Assembly: GCA_011364965.1 (NCBI GenBank)
Contig: RDOB01000001.1
Coordinates: 96,001 to 160,000, forward strand
DNA: 64,000 bases
From: Candidatus Heimdallarchaeota archaeon
GTDB lineage: Archaea > Asgardarchaeota > Heimdallarchaeia > Hodarchaeales > Hodarchaeaceae
Reading direction: 5' to 3'
In this document: piece after piece, positions 19,786 to 29,384 of the stretch
How positions within the stretch are numbered: position 1 is the first letter of the stretch
Layout: each line of letters opens with the position of its first letter
Notes under the pieces: model-generated
Seen by the model: the letters and a program-made list of their open reading frames with translations, nothing else
Told to the model about the DNA's origin: nothing
The model's database searches: none
Translations under genes and position numbers: made by a program

Positions 19786-20907
19786 TTGGAGTTTTTCCCC
19801 TCTCTGCTATTAAAAAGTACTTCTGAGATAAGAAGGAGACGAATTGGGATGATCATTGGTTTTATTGGAGCGCGGGGAACTGTTCCCACTGCAGATATTG
19901 GAACTGTGTCATTCTTGGTCGATAATAAATACTTATTTGAATGTCCTTCTGAAATTGTACAGTCTTTCCAAAGATTCCAAAAGCAATGGCAAATGATAGA
20001 TTTCTCAAACTCGAAAATAATCGCTTTAGGAAAACCTTCTTTCGGAAGAATTAGGTATATTATTCTTTCTCATCTTCATTATGATCATTGGGGAGGATTG
20101 CCACACATAATCCACAGGATCCTATTATTCGAACGAGAAAAGCGATTGAATGAACCTTTGAGAATTATAATTCCCAAAGGATCCACCATTCCATTTCAAA
20201 GAAGAGCTAGTGAAGTTTTCAATAATTTCTGTTCCAGTTTCCTATTAGATGACGCAGAGTTCCTATATCGATTACTCACTATTGAAGTGGGAGATGAAAC
20301 TAGGAAAGTAATTGAGATAACTACTATGGAAGAAGGTCAGACAATAAATTTAGACTCAAACTATTCGCTTTCAGCAATTAAGAATAAACACCTTAATGAG
20401 GGCTCGTTCGCATATAATCTAACCTTTAAAGTCACAAAACTAAATGTAGACAAAGCAAAGTCATTGAATATACCATTTGACCATACTTTGAGAGAAATTG
20501 AAAAATCAGAAGGAGATTTTTATATAAATAATCAAAAAATAAATCGAAATGATATTTTCTATGAAAATTGTATCAAATTATCTTATTCAGGAGATACACC
20601 AATCGATCCAGATTTATTTCAATTTTTTAAATCTACAGATGTGTTAATACATGAATTAACATATTTAAGTACAAATGAAAATTACCATTTGGATTTTCAT
20701 TCAGATATAGAGCCTCTAATTAAATTGTTGAAAAATCTTAGAAATTTAAGAGTCTTCATTCCTATCCACTTTTCAATACGATACACTGAACAAGAAATAA
20801 TTGAAAAACTATCCTCAACGCAAGTAAGTATAAATATTTCGAGTCCCCTTGAAAATATCGTTCTCTTGATTGAGCCAGACAAAGTTATTACTTACGCACG
20901 ACTTTAA
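19786..20907 (+). CDS. rnz: Ribonuclease Z (probable start at MIIGFIG, 19849)
   Basis: SHLHYDHWGG, YSGDT, LIHELT, HSD, IHFSIRY motifs plus flexible-arm insertion. Confidence 0.9.
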   Translation: MEFFPSLLLKSTSEIRRRRIGMIIGFIGARGTVPTADIGTVSFLVDNKYLFECPSEIVQSFQRFQKQWQMIDFSNSKIIALGKPSFGRIRYIILSHLHYDHWGGLPHIIHRILLFEREKRLNEPLRIIIPKGSTIPFQRRASEVFNNFCSSFLLDDAEFLYRLLTIEVGDETRKVIEITTMEEGQTINLDSNYSLSAIKNKHLNEGSFAYNLTFKVTKLNVDKAKSLNIPFDHTLREIEKSEGDFYINNQKINRNDIFYENCIKLSYSGDTPIDPDLFQFFKSTDVLIHELTYLSTNENYHLDFHSDIEPLIKLLKNLRNLRVFIPIHFSIRYTEQEIIEKLSSTQVSINISSPLENIVLLIEPDKVITYARL

Positions 20908-20909
20908 GA

Positions 20910-21764
20910 TTACTGAAATGTGTTTTTAAACCATTCTTGTATATTTAAGAATCCTTCTTGCTTTACATATCTACGGAGTATTTTGACAGTCCCAGAACCG
21001 TATTGTATCGCTTTCTTCTGTTGTTTAGCAACAGAATTTTGTAAGCCAATATTTAAAGCTAATTTCCGAAGTAAAGCTTTTCTTACTATTTCTCCATCTT
21101 CGGAGTATATGATATGATCCGTAGCTGGATATGATTGAGCATAATTAATTATATTTTGATCTAGAAATGGATATAATAGTTTGAGTTCGAATTTATCACC
21201 AATTCTTCCTTCCATGGGAAGTTGATTGTATATTAAGCTATTTAAATCATTTTTCATCATTTTTTGTAGCGATTCATAGCCATTGCGTTCAATTTCTAGA
21301 ACATAACGATTATATCCCCCAAATAATTCGTCAGCTCCTTGGCCAAGAAATATACAACTTACATTGAACTGCTCTTTTAATCTTTTTATAGCTAAATACA
21401 TTGGAATTGCCACAGATAGATGTACAGGGGTTTTAATAAAATCGATTTCCTTTAATTCTAATATTATTTCAGAAAGTGTTTGAGAATCCAAAATTTGGGG
21501 CATAAAAGTAAGTCCTAGTTTCTTTGCACCGTAAGCTGCATTCAATAAATCATAGCTATTATCTAATCCAACAGATCCTGCAGCAATTCTTGAGGGTTCC
21601 CACAAAGATACTAGAATTTTCGCTATAATGGAAGAATCAATACCTCCACTATATAGTAACCCTATATAATTACCAGTACTGTGATTTGCTATGAATTTTC
21701 TTAAATAGGTGAGTAATTTGTCCAAATGTACACTCCTGAAATTTCCAGACCACTCGCATTCCAA
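20910..21764 (-). CDS. Asparagine synthase C-terminal (synthetase) domain protein without glutaminase domain
   Basis: SGGIDSS PP-loop; GQGADELFGGY; YPFLD; KKAIQYGSG. Confidence 0.85.
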   Translation of the reverse strand: MECEWSGNFRSVHLDKLLTYLRKFIANHSTGNYIGLLYSGGIDSSIIAKILVSLWEPSRIAAGSVGLDNSYDLLNAAYGAKKLGLTFMPQILDSQTLSEIILELKEIDFIKTPVHLSVAIPMYLAIKRLKEQFNVSCIFLGQGADELFGGYNRYVLEIERNGYESLQKMMKNDLNSLIYNQLPMEGRIGDKFELKLLYPFLDQNIINYAQSYPATDHIIYSEDGEIVRKALLRKLALNIGLQNSVAKQQKKAIQYGSGTVKILRRYVKQEGFLNIQEWFKNTFQ

Positions 21765-21850
21765 TTTTAATTTTATTCAGATATTTTCTTCAGTATTTTA
21801 TTAAAGATTTAATCTCAAAAGATTTATCACAAAGATCCCGAAATTGCCAA

Positions 21851-22543
21851 TTGCTAATACACAGCCTTGGTGTCATAGTTTTGAAAGATAAAGAAGATAA
21901 TAATACTTTACGAAAACGATATGAGGCTATTTTCGCTCCATTTGGCAAAATATTAATGAAAACTGGATTAACTCCAAACATGATTTCAATTTTGAGTGTT
22001 ATAGCTAGTATAATTAGCTGTTTTTTTTATGCTCTAGGACCATTCATCGGAGATAGCTGGGGTTTATTAATCGGTACTTTTTTTCTTGGTATTTCATCAC
22101 TCCTAGATATGCTTGATGGATCTTTAGCGAGAGCTCGAGGTTCCGCAGGGCATTTTGGAGCTCTATTGGATCGAACACTAGATCGGGTCTCTGAGTTCTT
22201 TTTTCTCCTTGGATTAATGATAGGAAATTATGTTTATCCTCCTTTAGTATTCTTTTGTTTTGAAGGAATGATAATCGCAAGCTATGTACGTTCTACAGCT
22301 GAAAAAAGAGGAGGATTGAGTATGACTTCCACAAAAGGTATTTTTGAGAGAAAAGAAAAACTTACTCTGTTGTCAATGGGGTGCTTAGCGCAAATACTGA
22401 TTAATGAAGCAATACTTTCAACCTGGTGGCTATTTGAGTTTGGTATCTTGGAAATAGTTATATTAATTATCGGAGTTTTATCAAATATTTCCGCTTTTCA
22501 ACGTTTAATGTATGCTCGAAGTTATTACTCTTCGGTAAATTAA
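21851..22543 (+). CDS. CDP-alcohol phosphatidyltransferase (archaetidylinositol phosphate synthase-like)
   Basis: TPN motif; DMLDGSLAR..GALLDRTLDR signature. Confidence 0.92.
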   Translation: MLIHSLGVIVLKDKEDNNTLRKRYEAIFAPFGKILMKTGLTPNMISILSVIASIISCFFYALGPFIGDSWGLLIGTFFLGISSLLDMLDGSLARARGSAGHFGALLDRTLDRVSEFFFLLGLMIGNYVYPPLVFFCFEGMIIASYVRSTAEKRGGLSMTSTKGIFERKEKLTLLSMGCLAQILINEAILSTWWLFEFGILEIVILIIGVLSNISAFQRLMYARSYYSSVN

Positions 22544-22546
22544 TTA

Positions 22547-23701
22547 CTATTCGGTATCTATCAATTTCCGCCAACTTGGGCTTTGATCTCGCTTAGCTAG
22601 CTTTTTCTTCTTTGTTTCTGAAATTATTCTTGATAAATTATCCAAGGCCGTGTTTACAGCTTTCTCTGCACCAAATTCAGTACCTTCAGAATTAAATGTA
22701 AAACCTCTATCTGATATTAGCTTTGTACTTGCTGATACGGAAAATTGACCTCGCTTTGACTGAGATAGATTCCTTTTAAATCGAATATGTAAATTACAAT
22801 TACTTCCAAGCCATTTTTCCTCCCGTTTCAATATTGAGAGCCCCTTTCGTACTGTGTGATCCTTTATATCATTATCAGGAGCTTGTTGCACAAATACATT
22901 AAATCCAGTTTTCTTTCTCTGATTTAATGTGAATTGAATAATATCAAGAGGAGTAAGAATTCCATATGAGCCTTTTTTGCCTAGAATTAGCATATTTGTG
23001 CTCTTATTAACAAATTCATCCAAAACCTCTCCAAGTAAAGCATTTTCTGGGACAAAAATTGCATCCTGAATAAAATCTACTAAAGGTAAGAGGTGCCAGT
23101 CTTTATCCCTATCTCCTCCTATATCCCCTGCTGTTGATCTTCTTTCGGGATAGGGACGTAAGAGTGACCTATTATTGATTAATCCTTCGATTTCGCCCTC
23201 GTTATTAAGAACAGGTATTTTACTGAATCCATACTCACGAATTTTAGCTATAGCTTGGCCAATCGAATCTATTGATGAAATAGTTGTTATTTGCCAATTC
23301 GCAGCATCTTTAACAGGCGCTTGCATGATTTGATTCGATTTTGGTAATAAATAGAGCAAGTCAAGGTCCTTGATAGCACCTTTTAGTCTCATTTGTGCAT
23401 TTAAAACTGGTATATATCGAGTTGCTCCATCAATCATCATTTCCCCGATCTCTAAAGGTGTAATATCGTCGAGTTCCCCTATTTGAAGACGAGGAATATC
23501 TTTTCTCATAATTGATTTGCACAATGTCGTCGTGCTGATTCCTTTCCCCACAACGTCATGAACTCGTATCATCCCTTCAAAACGATTAGTTTCATCTAAA
23601 ATCATGATAACATCATGTTTTTCTAGAAAAAAAGTGATAGCTTTTGATATTGGTTGATTTAGCTGAAGAGATGGTACATTCACAATAGGTAAATTCACCA
23701 T
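22547..23701 (-). CDS. CBS domain protein with C-terminal HPF/RaiA-like domain (candidate ribosome hibernation factor)
   Basis: Four CBS motifs, then about 110 aa with a beta-alpha-beta-beta-beta-alpha pattern ending AVNTALDNLSRII. Confidence 0.7.
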   Translation of the reverse strand: MVNLPIVNVPSLQLNQPISKAITFFLEKHDVIMILDETNRFEGMIRVHDVVGKGISTTTLCKSIMRKDIPRLQIGELDDITPLEIGEMMIDGATRYIPVLNAQMRLKGAIKDLDLLYLLPKSNQIMQAPVKDAANWQITTISSIDSIGQAIAKIREYGFSKIPVLNNEGEIEGLINNRSLLRPYPERRSTAGDIGGDRDKDWHLLPLVDFIQDAIFVPENALLGEVLDEFVNKSTNMLILGKKGSYGILTPLDIIQFTLNQRKKTGFNVFVQQAPDNDIKDHTVRKGLSILKREEKWLGSNCNLHIRFKRNLSQSKRGQFSVSASTKLISDRGFTFNSEGTEFGAEKAVNTALDNLSRIISETKKKKLAKRDQSPSWRKLIDTE

Positions 23702-23775
23702 TGATCATCCTCTTCCTGAGAAGAGACTGATATAAAAAGGTTGATTCGAATTAAAGTTGAGAGTTTTTTTGGATC

Positions 23776-25086
23776 TCAAATAGTCTGGCTTTGGGGTCGC
23801 GTTATTTTAACCCTCTTTTTGCAAATAGGACATGCACCTCTAATCTTCAACCACTCAGCTAGATGGGCAAAATGTGCTGGTGAACCACATTCTGGGCATC
23901 GAACCACGCTTGAATCCTCCGTTATCTTCATTCGACAAACACTACAATATTCTTCTACATCACTAACAGAAACCTCACCAATTGGTTCTGAAGAGGAGGA
24001 GGGAAACCCCTGTGCCAATATAGCTAATTTTTTGCCTCTCAAGCGAAATGATTCAGCTGCACGGGGACTAGAAGCTTTTTTCGATGCACGATAAAACAAT
24101 TCAGAAGAGTATCTAGGATTCTCATTCTCATTTGCTAGTGCCGCTTCTGCAAAAATTGAAGCAGGAGTACGATCTCCCAATACTTCAATCAGTTCATCAT
24201 ACATTGCTATTGCTTGGTTGTTCTGCTTTTTCCTTAAAATATCTCGTGCTGAATCGATTGTTTTCAATATACGTTCATATTCTTTTATCTTCTTACCTAT
24301 CATTTCGAATTCAAGATCAGATTCATCTTTTTTCTCGGTTTTAATATTGGAAAAAATATCTTTTGCCATGGAAAAAGATCTACGCATCTTTTCAAAATTT
24401 CCGTTGGTTAAATACTCCTCAACTTCCTTTAAATAATGTTCTAAAGCCATATCGTGCCTTTTAGCTGAAGATAGCAACTTCTTAGCCTTATTGTCCAATC
24501 CGCGCTTCTGCATTTCAGTAGCTGCAGCAATAAGAACGGTATTTGCTTCCTCTTCAGCACCAATTGTCCTTAATAGTTCCGCAGCTTTCATATATTTTTT
24601 TGAATTATAAGCGTGTTTAGCTAAGTTACGAATTGCTTGATCACGATTTGAGATTAAGGAATCATTTTGATCAATAATCTGAATAGCTGCAGGAATATAT
24701 TCCACTCCTCCATGGTCAATAAATACTTTTGCAGCAGCAAAAGGTTTTCCTGCAAATACAAATGCTTTGGAAGCCAAATGATATTCATTAGTATTAATAT
24801 AGGATCGTGCAGCGTCTAAGAAGGCCTGTTGCATCCTATTTGTAGACACTTTCTTCTCAAGTCTCCGGAAAGCCAGAATTTGAGACGCTTCGGGTGTTCT
24901 TAAAACCATTTTGGCTGCGGATTCAATAGATTCTTTTAAGTAATAATCCAATGCTTCAAGATATTTCCCCTGCTGTTCCAATTCACGAGCTCGCTGATGG
25001 CCTTTATTTCGTCTCAGTAAGCTGCTAAAGATAATTATAAGAATAATTGCAATAACTATTATAGCAATGAGATCTCCATTACTCAT
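23776..25086 (-). CDS. Membrane-anchored alpha-solenoid protein with C-terminal RING-type zinc finger (putative E3 ligase)
   Basis: N-terminal TM; Ala-rich helical repeats; CSVC..CPEC..HFAH..W..CPIC. Confidence 0.8.
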   Translation of the reverse strand: MSNGDLIAIIVIAIILIIIFSSLLRRNKGHQRARELEQQGKYLEALDYYLKESIESAAKMVLRTPEASQILAFRRLEKKVSTNRMQQAFLDAARSYINTNEYHLASKAFVFAGKPFAAAKVFIDHGGVEYIPAAIQIIDQNDSLISNRDQAIRNLAKHAYNSKKYMKAAELLRTIGAEEEANTVLIAAATEMQKRGLDNKAKKLLSSAKRHDMALEHYLKEVEEYLTNGNFEKMRRSFSMAKDIFSNIKTEKKDESDLEFEMIGKKIKEYERILKTIDSARDILRKKQNNQAIAMYDELIEVLGDRTPASIFAEAALANENENPRYSSELFYRASKKASSPRAAESFRLRGKKLAILAQGFPSSSSEPIGEVSVSDVEEYCSVCRMKITEDSSVVRCPECGSPAHFAHLAEWLKIRGACPICKKRVKITRPQSQTI

Positions 25087-25497
25087 ACTAATCCAACCAA
25101 CATACTAATTCTAGTCTAGTATAGTTAATAAAAGCCATGTGAATAAATATTGATACTGAGACTCTCTCTTATCTTCATTGTACCAATCAGCAAATAGTCC
25201 CGTATATAGATTTCGTTTCCAGAATAATGAAACTCATTAGCTTTGTAAAGGTTAAGAAATCGGCTATAATACCTCCTAATCTCTTTCGGATTTACCCAGT
25301 ATCTTAATTTTCATGACTCAATTTATGAAATATTCCTCCTAGCCTGTTATCCGAAATCCGACAAAAGCTAGGAATCTTCATTTCACGATTTTTATCGGGA
25401 ATGTGACAGGGGGATAACATCTCGATATTAAAAGGATAACTCACTAATAATATCATAATAATTTCCCATCAAATCTTGAGAAAAAAGAAGTGATATA

Positions 25498-25767
25498 ATG
25501 TCTTCCTGGCAATCTTTCTTCAATCAACTTTCTAAGACTTCAGACAGAAATGTGAAGGACACTGGTATGAACAAAATTTGCTCATGTAATAGAGGAATGC
25601 TGATTTATTCCAACCATTCTTACATTAGTAAAGAGGGTTGTTCATTAAGTGCAGTTTGTTGCGCAATTAATATCGATAAGCATAAGATAAGTCAGTCTCG
25701 AGATTTCATTATTGGAAATGACGTTTCTTCTAAAGTGGTTCCATTAGAGACTTTTATAAGCAGTTAA
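25498..25767 (+). CDS. Possible small Cys-containing hypothetical protein
   Basis: Non-overlapping ATG ORF with GTGA upstream, ending 9 bp from the tmcA stop; no recognised motif. Confidence 0.3.
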   Translation: MSSWQSFFNQLSKTSDRNVKDTGMNKICSCNRGMLIYSNHSYISKEGCSLSAVCCAINIDKHKISQSRDFIIGNDVSSKVVPLETFISS

Positions 25768-25776
25768 TCCCTTATT

Positions 25777-27987
25777 CTAATTCTCAACTAATTTGCTGAT
25801 TTTTTTAACTGCTTTTTCCAATAATCCTTGTGCTACGTTCCACTTCAGTCCAGATATTGCCATTGTTTGCCCCCAAGTCCTTCCTTGTAACACTCGCGTA
25901 ATTAATAGAATTTCTTGGGAGTTACTGAGTTTGATGGAGGACTTAGTAACAAAATACTTCATCGTAAGAGCATAAATTGAATCAACAGCAAGTAAAAAAT
26001 TGATTTTTCCTTCTAAATATTGTTTGAGTCTGTATTTCCCACTTGATGTGAGTTCAGGAGCGTAGCTGGGTATATTGTTGCACCATTTGAGTATTTCTTG
26101 AACAATTTCTGGTTCCATCGAATGTAAAGAGTGACGTAACAAGTTTATAAACTGAAGCTGAAAATCTTTTGAAAAACTAGGGATTATCCGCTTTGCAATG
26201 AGACTTAAGGGCTGAATCATTACTAGATTCCAAGTTCCAGTTTCCTTAGTCTTTATAGGTCGAATATGTACAGGAACGAACCCTAATTTCCCCCAAAATT
26301 TGACCAATTTTCTAGTTGCGCCAAAGCTAACCCCTAACCAGTCATTATCATGATTTTTATTAATTAAATGCGATACTGCAACCTTCCCTAGCCCACGATT
26401 CATTAAACTAGGGTGTGTTGCTATACGAACTATCCTCAAGCCTTTCAAATTCGAGAATTCCTCTGAAAAATAGCGAATTATTACACTAGGTATCAAATTT
26501 CCTTCTAGAAATTTACCTGATGTTAACAAAGAAATTTCATCATCATCTAGCAAACCTTCTTCCGAAATTAATATTGAAACAAATAGAAAATTCTTATTCG
26601 TATCTATTTTACTATAAATTCCTTCAAGATAATGTTTTTCGGAATTTGCGAGTAATTCAAGATCGTTTGGTTGATTTCGATAATGAGAATGTAGTAAAAG
26701 CCCAATATGATTACGTAAAATGTTTGAACCTTCTTTTGAGAAAAGCTGATCAGTATTTTTGTAAGATACGCTATTATATTCCTGATTTTCAATATTTTTG
26801 AGATGCTCAGGCAATTCTTGGGCTTCAGCGTTAAGTAGATACACCTTATTAAGGAATTCTTCAATGTTATCCTCAGATAAATACCTTATTGGAGTTTTAA
26901 GCTCAAAATTTGACACATGAATTTTTTCTTGTCGTTCAAGGTATTTTAAAATCTTATATTGAAATCCGCGACCTCCACCTTCATATCCATGAATTGTAGC
27001 AATATATATCTTAAGGACTTTTCTGGCCAAAATAGCTTTGAGAATATCAACTGGTATTGCAGATGCTTCTTCAAAAATTACTAGATTGGCTCTAGATTTC
27101 TCTATCACCTCATCAGGATTCAAATATGTTATTTTTATCTTATTAGATAGACTTAGCTCATATATCATATTATCTTTCTTACGAATCAGGGGATCTCTCC
27201 CCTTTAAAGAAAAAATAAGTGTAATGAACTTAAACAATGTTTGACAATTAGATAAATAGGGGGAGGATATATTAATATAAAAGGGATGTTTAACTTGATC
27301 CGTTAAAAATATCCCAATGGCGATTCCTACTGCGGCAGATTTTCCACGACCTCTATTCGCCGTTAAAACGCTGCAAAAATTAGATGATTTATTATCTACT
27401 AATTTCAATAGGAGAGTATTTATGAATCTCTGCTGTTCCTCGCTAACTGGTATTTCGATTATTTTCTTGGAAAGAGTTATAGCATATGGCATCGGATTAA
27501 ATCGAGCTTGGATTTCCTCCTTTTTTGGATTAATTAGTAGATGTTCAGAACATTCAGATAAATTAGCGAAAAACCATTGCCTAAATATTGATGTTGGAAA
27601 TTTTCCATTCCAACCCTGAAGATATGATTTTAAATCTTGAGATGTTATAAGTAGAAAAATCAAGCCTCCTCCTCTTATGCACTCTAAGAGGATGCACATG
27701 GAATTTGCAGAGATATCTCCCCTAAAATCGATGAAAATGAAATCTATTGTCTGACCTAGCAATCGAGGAATATCCTTTGTGGTATAAAAAAAGATTTTCT
27801 CTAAAGAAGATGAAATTAAATTAAATTTTTCTTGAATTACTGCTTTTAAATGGGATGAATCAGTAATTATTGCCCCAAATGCGTTTTTATTGCTTTCGGT
27901 ATTCTTCAGCCATTCGAAAAGAGAATCCAAACTTATGATTTCATCTTGAAATAAGAATATAGATCGATTATATGGTGTACTAACCAA
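25777..27987 (-). CDS. tmcA: RNA cytidine acetyltransferase TmcA/Nat10
   Basis: ANRGRGKSA; TIHGYEGGGRGF; SHYRNQPNDL; RIVRIATHP; GNAT domain. Confidence 0.95.
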   Translation of the reverse strand: MVSTPYNRSIFLFQDEIISLDSLFEWLKNTESNKNAFGAIITDSSHLKAVIQEKFNLISSSLEKIFFYTTKDIPRLLGQTIDFIFIDFRGDISANSMCILLECIRGGGLIFLLITSQDLKSYLQGWNGKFPTSIFRQWFFANLSECSEHLLINPKKEEIQARFNPMPYAITLSKKIIEIPVSEEQQRFINTLLLKLVDNKSSNFCSVLTANRGRGKSAAVGIAIGIFLTDQVKHPFYINISSPYLSNCQTLFKFITLIFSLKGRDPLIRKKDNMIYELSLSNKIKITYLNPDEVIEKSRANLVIFEEASAIPVDILKAILARKVLKIYIATIHGYEGGGRGFQYKILKYLERQEKIHVSNFELKTPIRYLSEDNIEEFLNKVYLLNAEAQELPEHLKNIENQEYNSVSYKNTDQLFSKEGSNILRNHIGLLLHSHYRNQPNDLELLANSEKHYLEGIYSKIDTNKNFLFVSILISEEGLLDDDEISLLTSGKFLEGNLIPSVIIRYFSEEFSNLKGLRIVRIATHPSLMNRGLGKVAVSHLINKNHDNDWLGVSFGATRKLVKFWGKLGFVPVHIRPIKTKETGTWNLVMIQPLSLIAKRIIPSFSKDFQLQFINLLRHSLHSMEPEIVQEILKWCNNIPSYAPELTSSGKYRLKQYLEGKINFLLAVDSIYALTMKYFVTKSSIKLSNSQEILLITRVLQGRTWGQTMAISGLKWNVAQGLLEKAVKKISKLVEN

Positions 27988-27993
27988 GAATAT

Positions 27994-28551
27994 CTACCCT
28001 ATTGGGATTTTCTTTACCTTCTTCTTCACCTGACTTAGAATTTCATTACATACTTCAAGTGCCATTTCATGCTCAGTTTTAATATTTTCAACTTCAGAAA
28101 TTATTTTTCTTTGCTCAGTATGAGAAACTTTCCCATCTAATCTTTTTTTAAGGGCATTTAGCCTTGGAAAACTGCTACAAATATGTGAAGAATCTGGTGG
28201 AGAACTTTTTGGATGGGAAATAAAGTCTGCGACTTCAGGGAATAACGCATAGTACAAGCGGGGGCGACCTTTTCCTACTCCTCTCCTTTCTTTCCCAATT
28301 ATCAAGTTATTTCTCTTCAAAACCTCTAGATGTCTGATAATAGACTGAGGATGATCATTGAGTCGTTCAACGAGATCATTCACAAATCCTTCTCCTGTAG
28401 CCAATTCTGCAAGCATACGTCTTCTCGTCCTGTTCGATAAGACCTTTAGAATTTCGTCTAATTCTTCAATATCGAGTTTATTTTTTTGTTCTATCTGAAA
28501 GGTTATAATCTTGAGTATTAATTCTAATTCATCCATAGGTTCATCATCCAT
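27994..28551 (-). CDS. ArsR-family wHTH regulator (Phr/HSR1-like heat-shock repressor candidate)
   Basis: LSNRTRRRML..HLEVL..GRPRLYY plus C-terminal coiled coil; located in the hsp20-cdc48 operon. Confidence 0.8.
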   Translation of the reverse strand: MDDEPMDELELILKIITFQIEQKNKLDIEELDEILKVLSNRTRRRMLAELATGEGFVNDLVERLNDHPQSIIRHLEVLKRNNLIIGKERRGVGKGRPRLYYALFPEVADFISHPKSSPPDSSHICSSFPRLNALKKRLDGKVSHTEQRKIISEVENIKTEHEMALEVCNEILSQVKKKVKKIPIG

Positions 28552-28565
28552 TGGTATAAGCCTCC

Positions 28566-29360
28566 TTAAACAAAATATTTTGTACCCATATCCTCATTTA
28601 CTTGTGTATCAGAATTGAGGTCAGATTTAAGTTCAGATTTCCTAAATTCCTCGATTTGTTTTTTTAAATCCGCAAAGGATAGAGAAAAACCGAAATATTC
28701 CTTTGAAAGATATTTTAAAACCTCTAATGATGAAATTGGATCAAAATCAGGTAATGATTCTATTGCAACAACATCAATGGGAATTCTATTAGGTTGGGCC
28801 CAGTAAGTTAAGAAAGAACTGGCAACTTGTCCTGTTAATGTAAAATTCTCTTTAGGAGCTGTATTTATATTAATCACAGAAGAAGCCTCAATTTTATACA
28901 CCTGTGGAAGCTCATCTAAATTCCTTTTATTGGAAAAAACGCCATCAATAAGTATAATTTTTGATACATTCAAATCTTGGTATAATTGATAGAGATTCTC
29001 CGCCAGTTGATAACTGATTATATCAGGAATAGCAAAATTTGTGCTAGTAAAGATATAGGACTGGTTTTTTAGTGAAGTGTATAACAAACTAATAGGAAGT
29101 AAAATTTCACCTGAAGATATTTGAACCATTTCATTAAAATAGTTGGAAAACACTCCTGCAATCTTTTTAGTATTCACTGATATTTTCTGAAGTTCTTTGG
29201 TAACTATCTGGCCTATAGATCCGTAGTAACCTAACATCTCTATAACAATAGCCCCGGGTGGAACGTCAGATTGCTTATGAACCATAAATTTGAGGTTCTC
29301 TTCTTCATCAGCCTTCTCTAACCAATCTTCAATTTCTCCAGTTAATTTCTCGATATCCAT
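28566..29360 (-). CDS. PAC2-family proteasome assembly chaperone-like protein
   Basis: GYYGSIGQI, IILIDG, PDFDPISS and LKKQIEE resemble the PAC2 family. Confidence 0.7.
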   Translation of the reverse strand: MDIEKLTGEIEDWLEKADEEENLKFMVHKQSDVPPGAIVIEMLGYYGSIGQIVTKELQKISVNTKKIAGVFSNYFNEMVQISSGEILLPISLLYTSLKNQSYIFTSTNFAIPDIISYQLAENLYQLYQDLNVSKIILIDGVFSNKRNLDELPQVYKIEASSVININTAPKENFTLTGQVASSFLTYWAQPNRIPIDVVAIESLPDFDPISSLEVLKYLSKEYFGFSLSFADLKKQIEEFRKSELKSDLNSDTQVNEDMGTKYFV

Positions 29361-29384
29361 GTTAATCTTTCTCCATCTATTGTT

